From the NCBI GenBank assembly GCA_964475145.1, contig CAYYVK010000002.1, positions 1 to 36,698 on the forward strand: 36,698 nt of DNA, given 5' to 3'. Source of the stretch: an uncultured archaeon (lineage in GTDB: Archaea; Aenigmatarchaeota; Aenigmatarchaeia; CG10238-14; SCSR01). Position numbers and translations under genes: made by a program. The notes under the pieces are model-generated. The model was not told the origin of the DNA. It saw only the letters and a list, made by a program, of their open reading frames with translations, and searched no databases. Positions 34,299 through 36,698 of the stretch are shown in pieces (within the stretch, counting starts at the first letter, position 1; each line of letters starts with the position of its first letter).

Positions 34299-34568
34299 AT
34301 GAACTTAGGAGAGAAAGTAAGTATATGTTCAGAACATTACCAGAAATGGAAAACTACAGCACTAAACTCTTTGGACAGAGAGGAAGCTAAGAAGGCTATG
34401 GAAAGAGCCTTCTTCTGGCTAGAGCTTCAATCTGCATTTATAACTTTGCATGCCATTGAGCTTACTGCAGGAAGGGATAAGGAGAAAAGGGAGAAGATTT
34501 TAGCAGCAAAGGCAAAACTTTCTAAAAGGCTTGTAGAATATGCAAAAGAAATATTGAGCGAGCTTTAA
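34299..34568 (+). CDS. Hypothetical 89-aa helical protein
   Basis: All-helical appearance. No family recognised. Its 3' end overlaps the convergent ORF by 4 nt. Confidence 0.4.
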   Translation: MNLGEKVSICSEHYQKWKTTALNSLDREEAKKAMERAFFWLELQSAFITLHAIELTAGRDKEKREKILAAKAKLSKRLVEYAKEILSEL

Positions 34569-35011
34569 ATTTTGTGCTTGAAATCCTTTTTAATGTTTTC
34601 TAGTTCACTTTTCAGCACAATTAGCTCTTTTAGCACGTTTTGAAAATCTAAGTACATTTTTTGCAATTTTTGAGCAATAATTTTTGCTTCTTCTCTACTT
34701 TCTTCTAAGCTTCTTAACTTTTGATCAACTCTTTTTGCATCTTCTAAAATCGTTTCTAAGACCTTAAACTTTTCTACAAATTCATGCGCTGATTCAATCT
34801 TTCTAGAGAGTTCTCTGACTGAAGCATCAAGAGCATTCAATCTTGCTTTATTGTCTAGCACAATCTTTTCAAGATTTTTTAACTGAGTTATAAAGCTTTT
34901 CTCTTCAATTTCTTCAGTTTTAACGCTTTCTACTATAGACTTTAGTTTTTCTGTCTGCTTTATAAACTCAGAAATTTCTTCTTGCAAACCCTTTTCTACC
35001 ACAACCTCCAT
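34565..35011 (-). CDS. Coiled-coil protein (148 aa)
   Basis: Heptad-like Glu/Lys/Leu-rich sequence throughout. It is transcribed divergently from minD. Confidence 0.5.
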   Translation of the reverse strand: MEVVVEKGLQEEISEFIKQTEKLKSIVESVKTEEIEEKSFITQLKNLEKIVLDNKARLNALDASVRELSRKIESAHEFVEKFKVLETILEDAKRVDQKLRSLEESREEAKIIAQKLQKMYLDFQNVLKELIVLKSELENIKKDFKHKI

Positions 35012-35072
35012 AATAATTAGTTGTTTTTCCCTATTGATAGCTTTTTAAATCAATTCAAAACAATTTAGTATT

Positions 35073-35834
35073 GTGGGAAGAGTAATAAGTGTTGTTTCTG
35101 GAAAGGGTGGAGTAGGGAAGACGACTTTTGTTTCCAACGTAAGCACAATTCTAGTTCAGTATTTTAACAAAGATGTGGCTGTTGTGGACTGTAATCTTAC
35201 CACCTCACACTTAGGCTTTTTCATGGGAATTTTTTTCTCTCCAGTTACGCTGAACAATGTGCTGAAAGGAGAGGCTAGCATAGAGGAAGCAACTTATGTT
35301 CATCCAAGCGGTGTTAAAGTAATACCTGCATCATTAGCTTTAACAGATTTGGAAGGAATAGACATAATGAAATTAAACGATGCCCTAAAAGGTTTGACAG
35401 AAAGAACAGAAATAGTTTTTCTGGATGCTGCTCCTGGTCTTGGGAGAGAAGCTATGGCTGCGATAAGAGCTAGCCAGGAAGCAATTTTCGTCACTACACC
35501 TTTCTTACCTTGTGTAGCTGATGTAATAAGAACAAAAGAAGTTGTTGAGCAAGTTGGTGTAAGACCTTTAGGGATAGTATTGAACATGGTTACAGGCGAT
35601 AGGAGAGAGATGAAAAAGGAAGAAGTAGAAAGTATGTCTGGATTACCTGTGCTTGCAGAAATTCCTTTTGATAAAAACATAAGAGTAAGCTTAAGCATGT
35701 CTGTCCCAATCTTTTTGTTGAATCCTAGGGCAAAAGCTAGCAAAGAGCTTTTAAAGTTTTCAGCAGGGTTGATTGGTCTAGAGTATAGAAAAAGCTTATT
35801 AGAAAGAATATTCGAGAGGATAAAGATTTGGTAA
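35073..35834 (+). CDS. minD: MinD/ParA-family P-loop ATPase
   Basis: GTG start. Deviant Walker A SGKGGVGKTT, and Walker B IVFLDAAPG. 253 aa. Confidence 0.85.
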   Translation: MGRVISVVSGKGGVGKTTFVSNVSTILVQYFNKDVAVVDCNLTTSHLGFFMGIFFSPVTLNNVLKGEASIEEATYVHPSGVKVIPASLALTDLEGIDIMKLNDALKGLTERTEIVFLDAAPGLGREAMAAIRASQEAIFVTTPFLPCVADVIRTKEVVEQVGVRPLGIVLNMVTGDRREMKKEEVESMSGLPVLAEIPFDKNIRVSLSMSVPIFLLNPRAKASKELLKFSAGLIGLEYRKSLLERIFERIKIW

Positions 35835-35867
35835 GGTTAATCAATGCAACACGTATTACAATGTTCT

Positions 35868-36077
35868 TTAATATACTATTTTTTCTTCCAGTATGCTAGC
35901 GTTTCCACCTTCCTTCTTTATCAGGCTTGCAATATCTTTTAGCAATTTTAGATTTGAACTTTGCCAGATAGAGTGTTGAATCATTTTTGCTTTCATTCCT
36001 GTCAAAACTCTAAAGACCTTTGTTCTCAAACCTTTCTTTTCTCTTGGGATGTCGTATATTAGCAAGTATTTCGGCAT
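35868..36077 (-). CDS. Cas2-like small protein (orphan)
   Basis: The 69-aa sequence MPKYLLIYDIPREKKGLRTKVFRVLTGMKAKMIQHSIWQS fits the Cas2 beta1(YDI)-helix-(Q-x-S-x-W) pattern. There is no cas1 or repeat array nearby. Pattern recognition only. Confidence 0.45.
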   Translation of the reverse strand: MPKYLLIYDIPREKKGLRTKVFRVLTGMKAKMIQHSIWQSSNLKLLKDIASLIKKEGGNASILEEKIVY

Positions 36078-36447
36078 ATATGTAATATGTATTACAAAAT
36101 TTTAAAAAACATTTCGGGGGGCTGTAATACGTATTACATAAAGAAAAAGTAAAAAAAGGTTGGAGAGTTTGAAGTATAATCTTATGATTATGTTTTCCTT
36201 TAAGGGTTATTGCTTTGTTATTCTCGGCCCATCCATTTGTGTGACATTTGTTTTTTAGTTCTTTCACTAATCTTTTCCTCCACCTCTGGAGTGCAAATTT
36301 TACACTTTCACCTGTTATAACAGTCAAATCCTTCTCCACGTATATCTTCACGTCTAACGGTTTTTCACATTCTTTGAGTTCACAGTGGCAATCTTCGTTT
36401 GATAATAAAGAAATTTTTATTAGACAAAGATCACACACTTTTGTCAT
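36010..36447 (-). CDS. Hypothetical Cys-rich protein with a doubtful 3' third
   Basis: The N-terminus MTKVCDLCLIKISLLSNEDCHCELKECEKP looks protein-like. The last roughly 45 codons read through both palindromes and overlap the next gene by 68 nt, out of frame. Confidence 0.3.
   Translation of the reverse strand: MTKVCDLCLIKISLLSNEDCHCELKECEKPLDVKIYVEKDLTVITGESVKFALQRWRKRLVKELKNKCHTNGWAENNKAITLKGKHNHKIILQTLQPFFTFSLCNTYYSPPKCFLKFCNTYYIYAEILANIRHPKRKERFENKGL
36081..36138. promoter_or_regulatory. Twin 16-bp palindromes (putative operators) flanking an A/T-rich TATA-like run
   Basis: TGTAATATGTATTACA (36081-96) and the perfect palindrome TGTAATACGTATTACA (36123-38) have centres 42 bp apart. The first ends 4 nt from the Cas2-like ATG. 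Confidence 0.5.
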
Positions 36448-36468
36448 GCTTATAACCTTAGTATTTTT

Positions 36469-36606
36469 CTGCAGAGTAAGGCCTCCTGTAGCAAAATACT
36501 TTTTTCCATTTTTTTTCCTTCCATTTTGCCCTCACCCCGGCCAGATTAGGGGTACGTGAGGCTTGTCCCCAGGCAAAGAGCCCTCTGGCCCACAGAAAAA
36601 AAATGG
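36469..36606. ncRNA. GC-rich structured island, candidate ncRNA of unknown class
   Basis: A 66-nt core (36528-36593) is about 67% G+C by hand count in an AT-rich context. Nested stems: CCATTTT/AAAATGG, GGCCAG/CTGGCC, GGGG/CCCC and GGC/GCC, with the alternative CCTCAC/GTGAGG. A CTGCAG/CTGTAG hairpin lies at 36469-91. Strand undetermined. Confidence 0.3.
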
Positions 36607-36698
36607 GAAATTGATCGAGCTTTAAGCTCTTCATCTTTCTAGTTAACAACGTTTTCCTTTGCATGCTATGTAATAGCGACCATCTCTTGTTCTTTTGA

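Noticed and set aside
36535-36547. A 13-nt identity (AATCTGGCCGGGG, on the minus strand) with the 3' end of tRNA-Gln (6423-6435). I considered it as an integration att-site remnant or a second tRNA.
   Set aside because: It is in the opposite orientation to the tRNA and only 13 nt long. No integrase lies between the two copies. The surrounding sequence lacks a T-loop or a matching acceptor strand, so it may be coincidental GC-rich similarity.
36521-36606. I tried to read the GC island as an H/ACA guide (CTGGCC-C-ACA), RNase P CR-V (ACAGAA), an SRP Alu or S domain, or a split-tRNA half.
   Set aside because: The pseudouridylation pocket would be 4 versus 14 nt with no clear K-turn. No GGCUUA follows ACAGAA. 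There is no GGAA/AGCA helix-8 signature and no T-arm. I therefore left it unclassified.
36458-36664. A 68-aa minus-strand ORF, and the 103-aa plus-strand ORF 36248..36559, covering the GC-rich island.
   Set aside because: Their composition (Trp/Arg/Gly/Ala-rich in the GC island, poly-Phe/Lys from the A/T runs) is unlike every other protein here. The region is better explained by RNA structure. Translation is not strictly excluded.
1-36698. A search for a CRISPR array, prompted by the Cas4-like and Cas2-like genes.
   Set aside because: I saw no regularly spaced direct repeats of 24-40 nt anywhere in the window. The only near-identical repeats by the Cas2-like gene are the two 16-bp palindromes.

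Overview
This is an AT-rich (about one-third G+C by eye), very gene-dense stretch of an archaeal chromosome. All family calls come from reading the ORF translations and the DNA by hand; nothing was searched or computed. Archaeal markers include Pth2, archaeal-type SAM synthetase, ribosomal protein L10e, FBP aldolase/phosphatase, archaeal TIM, Cdc48, Nre, a presenilin-like protease, an aCPSF-like beta-CASP RNase and a tRNA with a bulge-helix-bulge intron. Intergenic gaps are tiny, stop/start overlaps are common (ATGA, TAATG, GTGA), and several convergent genes overlap at their 3' ends. Together with S-layer and secreted-nuclease genes, this suggests a small-genome, possibly DPANN/Nanoarchaeota-like or thermophilic archaeon, which is inference only. 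Content, left to right: (1) a 5'-partial S-layer-like gene followed by small Thr-rich membrane proteins; (2) housekeeping genes and one tRNA-Gln(UUG) carrying two intervening sequences; (3) a DNA-repair and nuclease neighbourhood (SplB-like radical SAM, Nre, SNase-LTD); (4) an operon running from SAM synthetase to a CBS protein and two zinc-ribbon micro-ORFs; (5) Cdc48 split by a 434-aa LAGLIDADG intein, co-oriented with a degenerate DRG-like GTPase; (6) an orphan Cas4-like nuclease; (7) a gluconeogenesis and glycogen block (ppsA, GDE, GH57, FBPA/P, tpiA, pgk); (8) MinD; (9) at the right edge, a Cas2-like micro-gene behind twin 16-bp palindromes, next to a GC-rich structured island of unknown class. 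I saw no rRNA, CRISPR array, transposase or integrase. The items most worth a second look are the right-edge module (35.87-36.61 kb), the doubly interrupted tRNA, the Cdc48 intein, a frameshifted zinc-ribbon gene hidden under an antisense ORF, and the Thr-rich paralog pair.
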